In this document: piece by piece, positions 21,351 through 32,117 of the stretch
How positions within the stretch are numbered: the stretch's first letter is position 1
Layout of the letters: every line of letters starts with the position of its first letter
Position numbers and translations under genes: made by a program
IMG/VR virus record: IMGVR_UViG_3300042881_004673
Span: 1-64,000 of that record
Reading direction: 5' to 3' (one strand)
Length of the DNA: 64,000 nt
From: a virus
Notes under the pieces: generated by a model
Databases searched by the model: none
Told to the model about the DNA's origin: nothing
What the model saw: only the letters and a program-made list of their open reading frames with translations

Positions 21351-23510
21351 ATGCCAATTACAATCAATATTTACCAACAACCTAACGGACTTCAATTCCA
21401 AGGATCAGGAACGCTAAACTTAGACTCATTTATTGGGAAAACACAAGGAAATGCGGCTAACGTAAATCAAGGTCTTAGATTCAGATCTAATGCTTTAAAT
21501 AATTTAGCTTTAAATAGATTATCATGGATAGGTCTTAATAATCCTAACACTAATTATAGGTTTTACCCTAATTTATTTACGACAATACCAAATTTTGGAA
21601 CCTCCTCAACAGATTATACTACCGCTATAAATACATTTGCAACAGGAGGTCAGTTTTTTATGGTGGGACAAGATGCGACTATAGGGCAATTAACCGTTCC
21701 ACAGTCTTATGTTTCAGGTTTAAATTTTAGTTGGGGTTTTTTATTACCAAGTTTAACCTATGCTGGTTTAGGAATGTCTCCACAAACAATTACACGAAGT
21801 TGGACTGGATCTACTGGTGTGGTTGAGACTCTAACAATTATCGTCAACCCATTACCAACGTCAAATGTTAATATAAACGTTATTGAAACTAATGGAAATG
21901 TTTATGTTGAAGTTGTTGGAAATATAGGGACTGGATATGTAACGGCATGTGGACTTGGATTTGGACCTGGAAATTCAATATTCTCATCACAAAGATGGGT
22001 ACAATTTGGGTCTAGTAGTGTTGGTTTTTGTAAAGTGCAAATAAATTCTTTCCCACCAAGTTTTGGGAATACCTCAAGAACCGCTAATATTGGATCTCAG
22101 TTCACTCCTTTTAGAGTTGACAATCAAGGGGCTTACTTTGATCAAAATGCTTTAACTGATGATATTAATACAAGTATAACTTTTACTGGAACAACAATTG
22201 CCGGTATGGGTTTAAATACTGGAGTATATAATTGGTATGGACCCGATAATAATATCCAAATGAATATTATTGGACCAACACCAACACCAACGGTTACGGC
22301 AACCAACACGCAAACACCAACCGTAACACCAACAAATACCGTTACACCCACAATTACGCCAACAGTAACGCCAACAGTTACGGAGACACCAACACCAACA
22401 CCTACACCTACAGTTACGCCAACAGTTACAACTACGGTTACTATTACACCAACTGAGACACCAACTAATACGCCAACACTTACGCCAACACTTACAGAAA
22501 CACCTACCCCAACAGTTACGGCAACTGTAACAGAAACTCCTACACCAACCGCAACAGAAACACCTACAGCAACACCTACAGCAACTGTAACACAATCTGT
22601 CACACCTACTATTACACCAACAACTACGGTTACTATTACGCCAACTGAGACACCAACTAATACACCAACACTTACACCAACAATAAGTATTACACCTAGT
22701 TTTGCGTCTTCACCAACACCTACACCTACAATTACGGAAACACCTACTGTTACTCCTACTGTTACTCCTACGGTTACTGAAACACCTACAAATACTCCGA
22801 CAGTAACTCCAACAAATACAACAACACCAACACAAACAGTTACGGAAACACCAACTCAAACACCAACAGGAACTCCATCGGTTACACCAACAGTTACGGA
22901 GACACCAACTCAAACACCAACAGGAACTCCATCGGTTACACCAACTATTACACCAACACTTACAGAAACACCATCGGTTACACCTACTAATACGATTACG
23001 CCTACGGCAACACAAACACTTACACCTACTGTTACTCAAACACAAACTCAAACTCCTACACCGACAGCAACTGTTACCCCATCTAAATCTCCAGCACCTG
23101 CCACTTTAAATGCAAATTTTAATGTAAATGTGGTTGATGGATCAATATCAGTAATAACAACTGTTTCTTACAATTTAGGAATTCCAGTTCCAACTATAGT
23201 TTACTTCACAGTAAATATTATTTTAACAAATGGTGTAATATTTACAGTCCCTGAAAGTATTACGATCCCTGCATCCACATTACAAGGATCTGTAACTACT
23301 ACACTTCCAGGAAATGCGGCACAAGTATCTAACTTAAGTTATGTGAATAATATAACAATTACAAACTATGCTGGAGTTGTTATACCAAATATTATAATTA
23401 GCATCAACCCAACACCAACACCTACGCCAACAGCAACATTAACACCACTACCAACTATAACACCTTCACCGGCTAATTGTTGTCCAATACTTGCAATACC
23501 AGGATCTTAA
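21351..23510 (+). CDS. Mucin-like Pro/Thr-repeat protein 2, paralog of protein 1
   Basis: Shared MPIxxxIxQQPNG...GSGTLN start, one very long TPT tract, shared VDGSI domain and PSPANCC end; TATTTAT at 21329. Confidence 0.8.
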   Translation: MPITINIYQQPNGLQFQGSGTLNLDSFIGKTQGNAANVNQGLRFRSNALNNLALNRLSWIGLNNPNTNYRFYPNLFTTIPNFGTSSTDYTTAINTFATGGQFFMVGQDATIGQLTVPQSYVSGLNFSWGFLLPSLTYAGLGMSPQTITRSWTGSTGVVETLTIIVNPLPTSNVNINVIETNGNVYVEVVGNIGTGYVTACGLGFGPGNSIFSSQRWVQFGSSSVGFCKVQINSFPPSFGNTSRTANIGSQFTPFRVDNQGAYFDQNALTDDINTSITFTGTTIAGMGLNTGVYNWYGPDNNIQMNIIGPTPTPTVTATNTQTPTVTPTNTVTPTITPTVTPTVTETPTPTPTPTVTPTVTTTVTITPTETPTNTPTLTPTLTETPTPTVTATVTETPTPTATETPTATPTATVTQSVTPTITPTTTVTITPTETPTNTPTLTPTISITPSFASSPTPTPTITETPTVTPTVTPTVTETPTNTPTVTPTNTTTPTQTVTETPTQTPTGTPSVTPTVTETPTQTPTGTPSVTPTITPTLTETPSVTPTNTITPTATQTLTPTVTQTQTQTPTPTATVTPSKSPAPATLNANFNVNVVDGSISVITTVSYNLGIPVPTIVYFTVNIILTNGVIFTVPESITIPASTLQGSVTTTLPGNAAQVSNLSYVNNITITNYAGVVIPNIIISINPTPTPTPTATLTPLPTITPSPANCCPILAIPGS

Positions 23511-23581
23511 TTGGTGTCGGTGTTTACTATGTTTAATGTTGTAATAACTTTTTGTTAAAATAAAATACAAAAAAAGTTGAA

Positions 23582-24544
23582 TTGAGTCTTAGTATAATCA
23601 TACCTACTTTCAAAAACGTAGAGTTTCTTCCTGAGTTATTTGACTCAATAGATAAATGTAATTTCACTGGTGAATACGAAGTTTTAATTGGAATTGATTC
23701 TTGTGAAGATACCTTAAAATATGTTTATGAAAATCAATTTCCAACAAACTTTAAGTTCTTCTTTTTTTTAGAAAACAAAGGTCCTTATTTAATTAAAAAT
23801 ACTTTATCTGATTTATCTTCTTTTGATAAACTATTTTTCTTTGACTCAGATGATGTTATGATGCCTGATTTAATAAGTGAAATTGATTCAAAGTTAAACA
23901 CGTATTTGGTTGTTAAACCAAAATACATGGACTTTAAAGATCAAAACGGTATTAGAGAATATGTTGGAAAAAAACCAACTTTTGGTGAAGGTGTGTTTGG
24001 TATTATAAAAGAATTGTTTATTGAAATGAATGGTTTTGAAGGGTGGCAAGTTGCCGCTGATTCAGATTTTATGGGTAGACTTTATAAGACAAATAAAAAT
24101 ATTCTACATACATCACACATTCTTTTCCATAGAAGAATACACCCTAACTCACTAACAATTCACCCAAGAACAGGATTGTCATCTGCGTTAAGGGGTAATT
24201 ATTACCACATGAGTAAGAAGAAAACAATTGAAAATATTAAAAATAAAGAATTTTTAAAATCAAATTATAAGGTAGTTGATGTTGAAGACAAAATACTTTT
24301 AAAGTCACAAAATGATATTAATTTGGAGATTGAAGTAAGTGATTATGAGAAAAAAAAATTAAAACACGAATCTATTGCAGATATATTTTTAAATAAACCA
24401 AAAAATATTAAAACAGAGGTAAAGCCAAAAACAATCAATTATAACCATATTAACCAAAACACCAATTACCCAATCTCCTCACAACTATCAGTTGCATTAA
24501 AAAAGGCTAAATTAGAAAATATTAAAAAAAATCACCGTCGTTAA
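23582..24544 (+). CDS. Glycosyltransferase family 2
   Basis: LSIIIPTF, FFDSDD, NGFEGW.VAADSDF. Confidence 0.85.
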   Translation: MSLSIIIPTFKNVEFLPELFDSIDKCNFTGEYEVLIGIDSCEDTLKYVYENQFPTNFKFFFFLENKGPYLIKNTLSDLSSFDKLFFFDSDDVMMPDLISEIDSKLNTYLVVKPKYMDFKDQNGIREYVGKKPTFGEGVFGIIKELFIEMNGFEGWQVAADSDFMGRLYKTNKNILHTSHILFHRRIHPNSLTIHPRTGLSSALRGNYYHMSKKKTIENIKNKEFLKSNYKVVDVEDKILLKSQNDINLEIEVSDYEKKKLKHESIADIFLNKPKNIKTEVKPKTINYNHINQNTNYPISSQLSVALKKAKLENIKKNHRR

Positions 24545-24568
24545 GATTTTTTTGCTTATATTTGTTCT

Positions 24569-24940
24569 ATGAACAACACAAACAAAATAGGACATGTAAT
24601 CAAGGATGATCACATCAAAAAAGTTAAAAAACTTTTTAAGAAAAAATTAATTAAATGTGATGGTAAAGTTTGGTGCAAAAAAATTCAAATTGAAATAACT
24701 AACATCAGAAAATACAAACAAGGATATTACTTAAGCAAAGAGATTGTGCGTTACTGTTATGAGTTAGATGTTAAAATTAAATTCACAGATGAATTTGGGG
24801 TTTCCGAATCTTGGGTTAAAAACAATAAAAGAGGTATTAACAGTCGAGTTAGAAATTGGAGTAATGAGAAATTACTACAGGACGAATTACAGTTTTTTGG
24901 AATTGAAAACATTTGCGTGTCAAAGATTCAATATGTTTAG
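24569..24940 (+). CDS. Hypothetical basic protein
   Basis: TATATTTG at 24557-24564, 4 nt before ATG. Confidence 0.6.
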   Translation: MNNTNKIGHVIKDDHIKKVKKLFKKKLIKCDGKVWCKKIQIEITNIRKYKQGYYLSKEIVRYCYELDVKIKFTDEFGVSESWVKNNKRGINSRVRNWSNEKLLQDELQFFGIENICVSKIQYV

Positions 24941-24961
24941 AGTTCTTTTATATTTATTGAT

Positions 24962-25876
24962 ATGAAAGTGTCATTAACAGAAGAACAACTTAGATCATTC
25001 AATAATAGACTTATTTATGAAGGTATTTTGGACGACATGGTTTTCAAAATATCTTTAATTGTTGAGGACGGTAAAACCGAACCTGACATGGAGTGGGATT
25101 TCACCAATGTTAAAAAAGATATAGATAAATCAAAGTTATGGGTTAAAACAAAAGAAGATGCGATCCAATACGTTGAAAGTGTTGTGGATAAAATTAAAAA
25201 TATTCCACCTGAATTAAGAAAAAAAATCTTAAAATATGTAATATATTCTTTTATTGGATTACTTTCAATTAAACAACTAAATAAAATGGTTGAACCAGTT
25301 GTAAAAAAGGCTGATCAAATTGAGAAAGAAACAATCGAAAAAATTATTTCACTAAGAATTAGAAAATCAAGTCCAGAATTATATGAACACATGAGATATG
25401 AAGAAGGTTCCATAACAAAAAAAGGAGAACCTGTTTTGGTCGCCTATAATCTTGGTGATGGGGCATACACTATTGGTTATGGTCACGCAATATTTAGAGG
25501 TGAAAATGAAGGGTATGAATTCCTACCGAATTATAATAAAATAATACCAGGTAAAACTAAAATCACTAAAGATCAGGCGGAGATACTACTTAAAGACGAT
25601 ATTAGTAATTCCGAAGAGATAATAAATAAAATTCTTAATAAATGGGAAACAGAAGGTATTAAAATTAAGGTTAGTCAAGGAATGTATAATGCTATGGTAT
25701 CAATGGCATATAATATGGGTCCTGGTATTATAAAAAGTGATTTTATTAAAGCTTTAAAATCGGGCAATACATATTTAGCGGCAGAAGAAATATTAACCAC
25801 AAGTTCAAACCTGTTTAAAAAATTCCCCGGTCTTGAACCAAGAAGAATGAGGGAATATAAAATGTTTACATCATGA
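24962..25876 (+). CDS. Leader-bearing GH24-type lysozyme
   Basis: MKVSLTEEQL leader; YEEG...AYNLGDGAYTIGYGH, SMAYNMG, GLEPRR. Confidence 0.82.
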   Translation: MKVSLTEEQLRSFNNRLIYEGILDDMVFKISLIVEDGKTEPDMEWDFTNVKKDIDKSKLWVKTKEDAIQYVESVVDKIKNIPPELRKKILKYVIYSFIGLLSIKQLNKMVEPVVKKADQIEKETIEKIISLRIRKSSPELYEHMRYEEGSITKKGEPVLVAYNLGDGAYTIGYGHAIFRGENEGYEFLPNYNKIIPGKTKITKDQAEILLKDDISNSEEIINKILNKWETEGIKIKVSQGMYNAMVSMAYNMGPGIIKSDFIKALKSGNTYLAAEEILTTSSNLFKKFPGLEPRRMREYKMFTS

Positions 25877-26556
25877 ATAAAGAAAAAATATTAAAATTAT
25901 TTAAAAACTTTGTGGGTGAAGAGGTAAACATTTCCGGACTTCAATGTATTCCTGTTGGGGTTGGTGAATATGGTTCACATAATTCTATTATGGGTACCGG
26001 TTGGAATCCAAACCCATATCATCAAATTCACTTTAAAATAAAAAATCCAAATAATGTCTGTTATTTTTATGCAATAATTTATGAAGAGTTATTAGAATTA
26101 TTAGAAGAATTTACCCAATATATTAGTATTAAACTAAGACCAAATATAATATGGGAGGACACACAACCAAAATTTTATCTTAACGACGAAACAAGAAACA
26201 AAATACAAAAAGTTTTTGACTCTGTAAAAGAAATTAAATTTACAACAGGAAATTTAGATGGTGATGGCAAAGAATATGTTATTGAAATAAATTCAATTGG
26301 TTTTAACAATAAACATTTTGATCTTGAATCATTTTATCTCCAAAACAAGGTTGTTCCAATATCTGCAACAAAAAATGGCGAAAATGTTGATGTGAGTGAG
26401 GTTATTTACAAATATATAGATGAGTTTTTACCTAAAGTAGAAACTTACTATGAGTCAGAAGAATATTATAAAAAAATAGATGAGATAATTACCAAACATC
26501 CACTTTTAAATGCGGATTATATTGCGACTTATTACGATACAAAGTTTATCCAATAA
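25873..26556 (+). CDS. Hypothetical protein
   Basis: ATGA-coupled to the lysozyme gene. Confidence 0.55.
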   Translation: MNKEKILKLFKNFVGEEVNISGLQCIPVGVGEYGSHNSIMGTGWNPNPYHQIHFKIKNPNNVCYFYAIIYEELLELLEEFTQYISIKLRPNIIWEDTQPKFYLNDETRNKIQKVFDSVKEIKFTTGNLDGDGKEYVIEINSIGFNNKHFDLESFYLQNKVVPISATKNGENVDVSEVIYKYIDEFLPKVETYYESEEYYKKIDEIITKHPLLNADYIATYYDTKFIQ

Positions 26557-27820
26557 CTTTCTTTGATCTTTTTTGTCGGTGAAAAGTAATCACGAATCGG
26601 TGAACTTCATTTTGAATCTCAGCCAATAAAAACCCAAACTCACTTCTTGGAATATCAAAACTTGACCCATCAATCTTGTGTATTGTTTGAGATTGGTGTT
26701 TATCGTTTTTAGAAATGGAGATCAAATCAATAGAAGATAACAATCCAAGAGATTCAAATACTTTTTTTGCAACACCCAACTGACCTTTACCGCCATCAAT
26801 AACAACAAGTGAAGGTAACTCTTGTTTCTCATTTAAAAGTCTTTTGAAACGACGATTTAATACCTCAGTAAATGATGCGTAGTCATCAGGACCCTCAACA
26901 GTTTTGATATTGAACTTACGATAGTTTGACTTATCGGTCTTACCATTCTTGTAACGAACAAGGGCAGACACCTGACAATCACCAGCAGTGTGAGAGTTAT
27001 CAAAAGCTTCAATAAGAGTTGGAACATTCAATAAACCAAATTGTTCTTTGAAAGATCTTGAAATATCACAATACTTTCTAACACGAAACGACTCAAGTTT
27101 TTTCTCTAACAAATCAACAACATCCATTTTGTTTTTTAAGTTCTGAGAAATCTCAAACTCCATTTGTTCAGAATGATACTTCATAAACTTTCTCAAACGA
27201 TTTCGAACCTTGTCAAACTGAAAGGAAAATACATCTCTCATCTCACTTACAATCTTTAAGTAAGAAAACTTCTGAATTGAGGAAACACAAGGAGCATTAC
27301 AACGACCAAGATGAAATTCCAAACAAGTCTTGAACTTTTCATTTTGAATATTTTCTTCAGTCAAGTTATAAGAACAAGATCTAAGATTGAAAATGTCATG
27401 AACCATCTCATAGATCTCATAACAAGAGTTAGAACTTGTAGATTCCAAAAGAACTTCACCAGTAAAGTTAGAAGGGTTACAAACTAAAAGTCTTGGGAAC
27501 TCATCCGAACTCAAAGTGATAAACCAACGACGAGATCTGTCATCTTTTGCTTTGATGTTGTATTTTGGTTTGTGTGATTTGATAAGTTCGTCTTCCAACA
27601 AAAGAGCTTGAGATTCATCATCAGTGGTCATGAACTCAACATCACGAATCTCATTTACCAAGAAAGTTGTCTTTTTATCTTTGTGGTTTTTTTGAAAGTA
27701 AGACTTAACTCGTTTAGGTAAAAACTTTGACTTACCCACATAGATAATCTGACCCTTCTCGTTTTTGAAAAGGTAACAGCCACTAGATTGGGGTATATTT
27801 GAAAGTTTCTCTGTAATCAC
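26546..27820 (-). CDS. uvrC: UvrC-like excinuclease, compact (start probably GTG 27820)
   Basis: GIY-YIG (GCYLF..IYVGKSK..RVKSYF), Cys-rich segment, EAFDNSH, YRKFNIK, DDYAS, IDGGKGQ, NEVHRFVITFHR; no C-terminal HhH domain. Confidence 0.9.
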   Translation of the reverse strand: MITEKLSNIPQSSGCYLFKNEKGQIIYVGKSKFLPKRVKSYFQKNHKDKKTTFLVNEIRDVEFMTTDDESQALLLEDELIKSHKPKYNIKAKDDRSRRWFITLSSDEFPRLLVCNPSNFTGEVLLESTSSNSCYEIYEMVHDIFNLRSCSYNLTEENIQNEKFKTCLEFHLGRCNAPCVSSIQKFSYLKIVSEMRDVFSFQFDKVRNRLRKFMKYHSEQMEFEISQNLKNKMDVVDLLEKKLESFRVRKYCDISRSFKEQFGLLNVPTLIEAFDNSHTAGDCQVSALVRYKNGKTDKSNYRKFNIKTVEGPDDYASFTEVLNRRFKRLLNEKQELPSLVVIDGGKGQLGVAKKVFESLGLLSSIDLISISKNDKHQSQTIHKIDGSSFDIPRSEFGFLLAEIQNEVHRFVITFHRQKRSKKVIG

Positions 27821-27899
27821 AATACAAATATAGTAATTTTTTATGGTAATTTTAAGTAAAAATTTATTAATCAATATTTATTATTAATAAAATAGAATA

Positions 27900-28691
27900 A
27901 TGGATGTAAATAGATTTAAAATATTGTTAGAATCTAAGTTAGGTAATATTAAAACATTAATATCTGAAGAAAAAAATGATGAAATAATCAAAATTCAAAC
28001 AGATTTAGTTAATAAAGGTTATAATATTGGATTGTCTGGACCAAATAACGATGGTATTGATGGTGTTATGGGACCAAAAACAAAATTGGCATATAAAAAA
28101 GAATTTGGCAAATCATATGGTGATGAGGTAACAAATAAATTAAATAATGACGAGTTAATAGGTAAAACGTCTATTAATGATTATGGTGAAATATTGTTTT
28201 CTAAAAATAAAACAGCCCCATTACTTATGGTTTATGGTGGAATAAATGTTGGTGGAAAAAAAAGTGGGGTATATATGTGGGATTATGTTAATAAATTAAA
28301 AGATAAATATACTATATTTGTTGCTAATGACCATAAGGTAAGTGGTCTTAATTCATATAAAAAAGTTTTAGAGTCTTTAAAGGAAAATAATATTACACCA
28401 TCTTCTAAAATACTTTATTTATTTTCTGGTGGATATAAACCTGGAAAAGAATTACTAAATTCTAACTCAGGTGATTTTAGTGAAATTTTACTTGTGGACA
28501 TTTGGATGGGTGGGTCAGTAGGTAATTTTTATAAGAAATTTGTTAAAGACAATAGTTCAAAAGTTAAATATTATTATACCTCATTTGGATCTCAAAACGA
28601 TGACGCTAAAAATTTTATATCCAAAATTGTTTCAAGTGTAAAAAATAGTAATCACATGGAAACAAATACTGATGCGGTTAACAATTTATAA
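27900..28691 (+). CDS. Leader-bearing peptidoglycan-binding plus alpha/beta-hydrolase-like protein
   Basis: LLESKLG..LISEE leader; GIDGVMGPKT; LFSGGY; terminal NH. Confidence 0.55.
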   Translation: MDVNRFKILLESKLGNIKTLISEEKNDEIIKIQTDLVNKGYNIGLSGPNNDGIDGVMGPKTKLAYKKEFGKSYGDEVTNKLNNDELIGKTSINDYGEILFSKNKTAPLLMVYGGINVGGKKSGVYMWDYVNKLKDKYTIFVANDHKVSGLNSYKKVLESLKENNITPSSKILYLFSGGYKPGKELLNSNSGDFSEILLVDIWMGGSVGNFYKKFVKDNSSKVKYYYTSFGSQNDDAKNFISKIVSSVKNSNHMETNTDAVNNL

Positions 28692-28698
28692 TAATTAA

Positions 28699-29049
28699 TT
28701 ACATATTTTTTAAAATCACTTCTAAAGTATAGATGGACTCACGATCTTGTTTAGTTTTAAATTCTTTAGATTTAAGATAGTTTAAACTATCAACTAATTC
28801 ATCTCTCTTTGATTTAGGTTTTGTTATTACTTGGACATCCTCATAATCATCATAATCATTGTCATTATCGTCAACTAAATCTTTCATCCACGAACTAACA
28901 TCTAAATCGGCGGTTTTTAATTCGTCGTATAACCAATAATTATTATCTTCAGATTTAGAAGTTATTACATTAGTTATTTCGATGTTCTCATCTTCTGGTT
29001 TAAGATCAAAGAACTCATAAACTCGGTCATTAATTTTTTTCATTATCAT
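28699..29049 (-). CDS. Hypothetical acidic protein
   Basis: TATATTTG (minus strand, 29054-29061) 4 nt before ATG 29049. Confidence 0.6.
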   Translation of the reverse strand: MIMKKINDRVYEFFDLKPEDENIEITNVITSKSEDNNYWLYDELKTADLDVSSWMKDLVDDNDNDYDDYEDVQVITKPKSKRDELVDSLNYLKSKEFKTKQDRESIYTLEVILKNM

Positions 29050-29119
29050 GTTACAAATATACAAATATTTTTTAAATCAACTATTATTTATTTAATTTTT
29101 TTTAAAGTATTTATATAAT

Positions 29120-31936
29120 ATGAAAGATCTTGTAATACAAATATTAACAGAAGAATCAAAAAAATTAATTTTTGAGTCTGGTATTAGAAACATAAAAGAA
29201 TTATCTAAACGATATCCTAAGGCAAAAATATATTTTCATCAGGATTTGGATGGAGTGACAACTGCTTTAGGTATGAAAAACTACTTAGAACAAAATGGAA
29301 TTAAAGTGGTTGACTCTGAAATTATCCAATATGGTGATAAGGAATTTGCAATTAAAAAATTAGACGCCGAAGGTGATGTTATGCCGGTGTTAGTTGACTT
29401 TGCTCACGGTAAACCAATGTTTGTTATACATACTGACCATCACGATACGCAAGCTGGTGTAGAACAAGGAACATCAACCAATTTTAAAGCGTCAAGATCA
29501 AACGTTGAGACAATATCTCAAACCGTATCACCAAACGACATTTTTCCATCAGACGATATAACTTTAATTTCTACTGTTGATTCAGCAAACTACGCACAAT
29601 ACGATATAACACCCGAAGAGGTAATGAATTATTTGTTTAAGGTAGATAAAGATCAATCATTACAAAAAAACAAAATGGTTATGGGAATGGTAACCAATAA
29701 ATTATTATTAGCATTTAAAAACAAACCAAAATTTTTAGAAAATATCGTAATGAATGCAAATCCATCACTATTAAGTATTTTAATGTATATTAAATCTCAA
29801 ATTAAAGATAGTGGATATGCTGATGTGGACACATTAGAAAAAAATAAAGAGATGTATGTCCAATCAATGAAGATAAATAAGAATGTTAAAGTTGATGATG
29901 GGATAATAGTTCAATATGGTGGAGGTAGTATGATGAAACCAGGATCATATGATAGATACACACCATTCAGAAATAATCCTGACGCTGACTTCTTGGTGAT
30001 TGCTTGGCCCTTAGGGTTGGTACAAGCGTCTTGTAATCCATTTAAGAAAGAAAGAGCACTTAAAGGTGTGAACTTAGGTGAAATTAAAGATGAGGTCTTA
30101 AACAAGTGGAAATCACAATTACAAAATAAAGACATTCCTTTGTCCACAATTAAATGGATATCTGAATCAGGAAAAAGTTTTAATGAAGAATCTGTTGGTT
30201 TTACATTTAAAGACTTTAATGCTTTGTATGGAAAAGAATTTAAAAGAATGGATAATGGTGAAAAAATATTAAATGATATTGATGTTGTAATGAAAAAACC
30301 ATTTAGTGAATTGACACAAAACGAAATGAAAATGTTGGACTCAATTAGTGTAAACGCTTGGGATTTAATTAAATCAAATAGTGGTGGACATAAATGTATT
30401 ACCAATATTTCAGGATTGTCTTATTTAGGTAGATCTAAACGACCACCTGAAGGTAAATATAAATATAATTCTGAATCTGATGACTCTCCATATGTTAAAT
30501 TTACTAAAATGATACAAAATGAATTTGCAAGAATTCTTAAAGAAAAAATTAAAGAAACTAATAATGTTAATGAAAATTACAACTTAATTAGAAAAAAAGA
30601 TTTAATTCCAAATCAGATTAATTACAAAAATATAAAAAAAATGTTAATAAAAGAAGAAACATTTGGGGCTACTTGGAAATCACCAATACCAGGAGATGCT
30701 GATTTACTTCATGCGTTTGAAAGACGAAAATCTGACAAACAAGGGGCTCTTATTGGAACCCAAATTGAGGAGAAACTAAAAAAACTTTATGATGATGGAA
30801 TTAACCCTGACATAACTGATTTAAAGTTAAATGTAGATTCTAAAAACTCTACGGTAACGTGGAGCGCAACTATTGGTCCTAGTACTGATGGTAAAGCATA
30901 CATGGGAATTTCAACAAGAGGATCTACTGGTGGTAGTTCAGAAAAACGAGCTTTAGATCAAGTAGGTCCTTTAAAACAACAATTAAGTTCAAAAGGATAT
31001 CAAGACATAACACCAATCACTTTTGACGGAAAAGACCATTTTGTAAATCCATCTGGTAATAAAATTCACCAATACTTTTTCAAATATACAGACCCAAATA
31101 AATATCCACCTCACCCAACTAAAGATGGTTTAAATGTTGATAACACTAATACATCTTTAACAACAAACTCATCAGAAAATGATTTATTTGGTATAAAAGG
31201 TATTTTATCCAAAATTAAAGAAAAATTATTCAAAAACAAAACAAACACAAAAAGTAGTGATACAACAAGCAATAATACAACAAGTGGTGACACAACAAGT
31301 AATAATACAACCACCACAGATTCCGATTTTAAAACAATAACAAAAAAAGTAATTGCAAATTTTGAAGGAGGATATTGGAATCCATTTTGCCCGCACCCAA
31401 CTAGCCGTATGGGTAAATCAACTGAGACTATGTTTGGTTTGGATAGGTATAATGGTAATATTGAAAGCACTGATAAAGGAAAAGAATTTTTTAAGATTAT
31501 AGACGATGAAAAAATCGCAGCTGGAGCCACATCTAGTGGTGAAGGTAAAAACATGAAATGGACAAACATGGGTAACTTTTGTAAAAAATGGAAATGGTTA
31601 TATAGAGGTGGAGATAAAAAAGAAAAATTAGAAGATCTTGCAACTGAAATTATGGAAAAATACTTTAATAAAAACATGAGTAGTTATATTAAAGACTCTA
31701 AGACCAAAGAAAAAATTATGGGAAATAAAGGATTATTAGTGCATATGTCATACGCAAGTTGGAATGGTCCCGGATTCTTTCAAAAATTCGGAAGAAAATT
31801 AGAAGCCGCGGTAAAAGACGGAAAATCCGACAAAGAATTAATTGATGTTGCCTGTCAATCAAGATTAGACACTGGATTAAACCAAAGTAAAGTAATAGAG
31901 GCCATTAAAAATCCTGATGGGATGAAAACGGCTTAA
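29120..31936 (+). CDS. Multidomain protein: DHH phosphoesterase, unknown domain, GH108/lysozyme-like domain
   Basis: HQDLDG, VDF, TDHH and GGH motifs; internal VNE and IKEE; C-terminal FEGGY...ETMFG. Confidence 0.72.
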   Translation: MKDLVIQILTEESKKLIFESGIRNIKELSKRYPKAKIYFHQDLDGVTTALGMKNYLEQNGIKVVDSEIIQYGDKEFAIKKLDAEGDVMPVLVDFAHGKPMFVIHTDHHDTQAGVEQGTSTNFKASRSNVETISQTVSPNDIFPSDDITLISTVDSANYAQYDITPEEVMNYLFKVDKDQSLQKNKMVMGMVTNKLLLAFKNKPKFLENIVMNANPSLLSILMYIKSQIKDSGYADVDTLEKNKEMYVQSMKINKNVKVDDGIIVQYGGGSMMKPGSYDRYTPFRNNPDADFLVIAWPLGLVQASCNPFKKERALKGVNLGEIKDEVLNKWKSQLQNKDIPLSTIKWISESGKSFNEESVGFTFKDFNALYGKEFKRMDNGEKILNDIDVVMKKPFSELTQNEMKMLDSISVNAWDLIKSNSGGHKCITNISGLSYLGRSKRPPEGKYKYNSESDDSPYVKFTKMIQNEFARILKEKIKETNNVNENYNLIRKKDLIPNQINYKNIKKMLIKEETFGATWKSPIPGDADLLHAFERRKSDKQGALIGTQIEEKLKKLYDDGINPDITDLKLNVDSKNSTVTWSATIGPSTDGKAYMGISTRGSTGGSSEKRALDQVGPLKQQLSSKGYQDITPITFDGKDHFVNPSGNKIHQYFFKYTDPNKYPPHPTKDGLNVDNTNTSLTTNSSENDLFGIKGILSKIKEKLFKNKTNTKSSDTTSNNTTSGDTTSNNTTTTDSDFKTITKKVIANFEGGYWNPFCPHPTSRMGKSTETMFGLDRYNGNIESTDKGKEFFKIIDDEKIAAGATSSGEGKNMKWTNMGNFCKKWKWLYRGGDKKEKLEDLATEIMEKYFNKNMSSYIKDSKTKEKIMGNKGLLVHMSYASWNGPGFFQKFGRKLEAAVKDGKSDKELIDVACQSRLDTGLNQSKVIEAIKNPDGMKTA

Positions 31937-32117
31937 ATAACATATTGTGGTTTTTTATGTTACCAAAAAGTTAAGTTTGATTTTAAAATTATGTTTAAGT
32001 AAATTTATAACTATCTATTATTAAAAAGAATTGTGGTTTTAATTTTATTAGTAGTGTTGTCTTTAGTTTTAATAATTTTAAAAGATCGTAAAGATTATTT
32101 TAAGTATAAAAAAAAAT

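Noticed and set aside
19374-23051. Minus-strand Val/Gly- and Cys-rich ORFs (19374, 19429, 20307, 22142, 22212, 22710)
   Set aside because: Antisense shadows of the Thr/Pro repeat codons
29911-31677. Minus-strand ORFs of 164 and 188 aa
   Set aside because: Fully antisense to the motif-bearing 938-aa gene, with no motifs of their own
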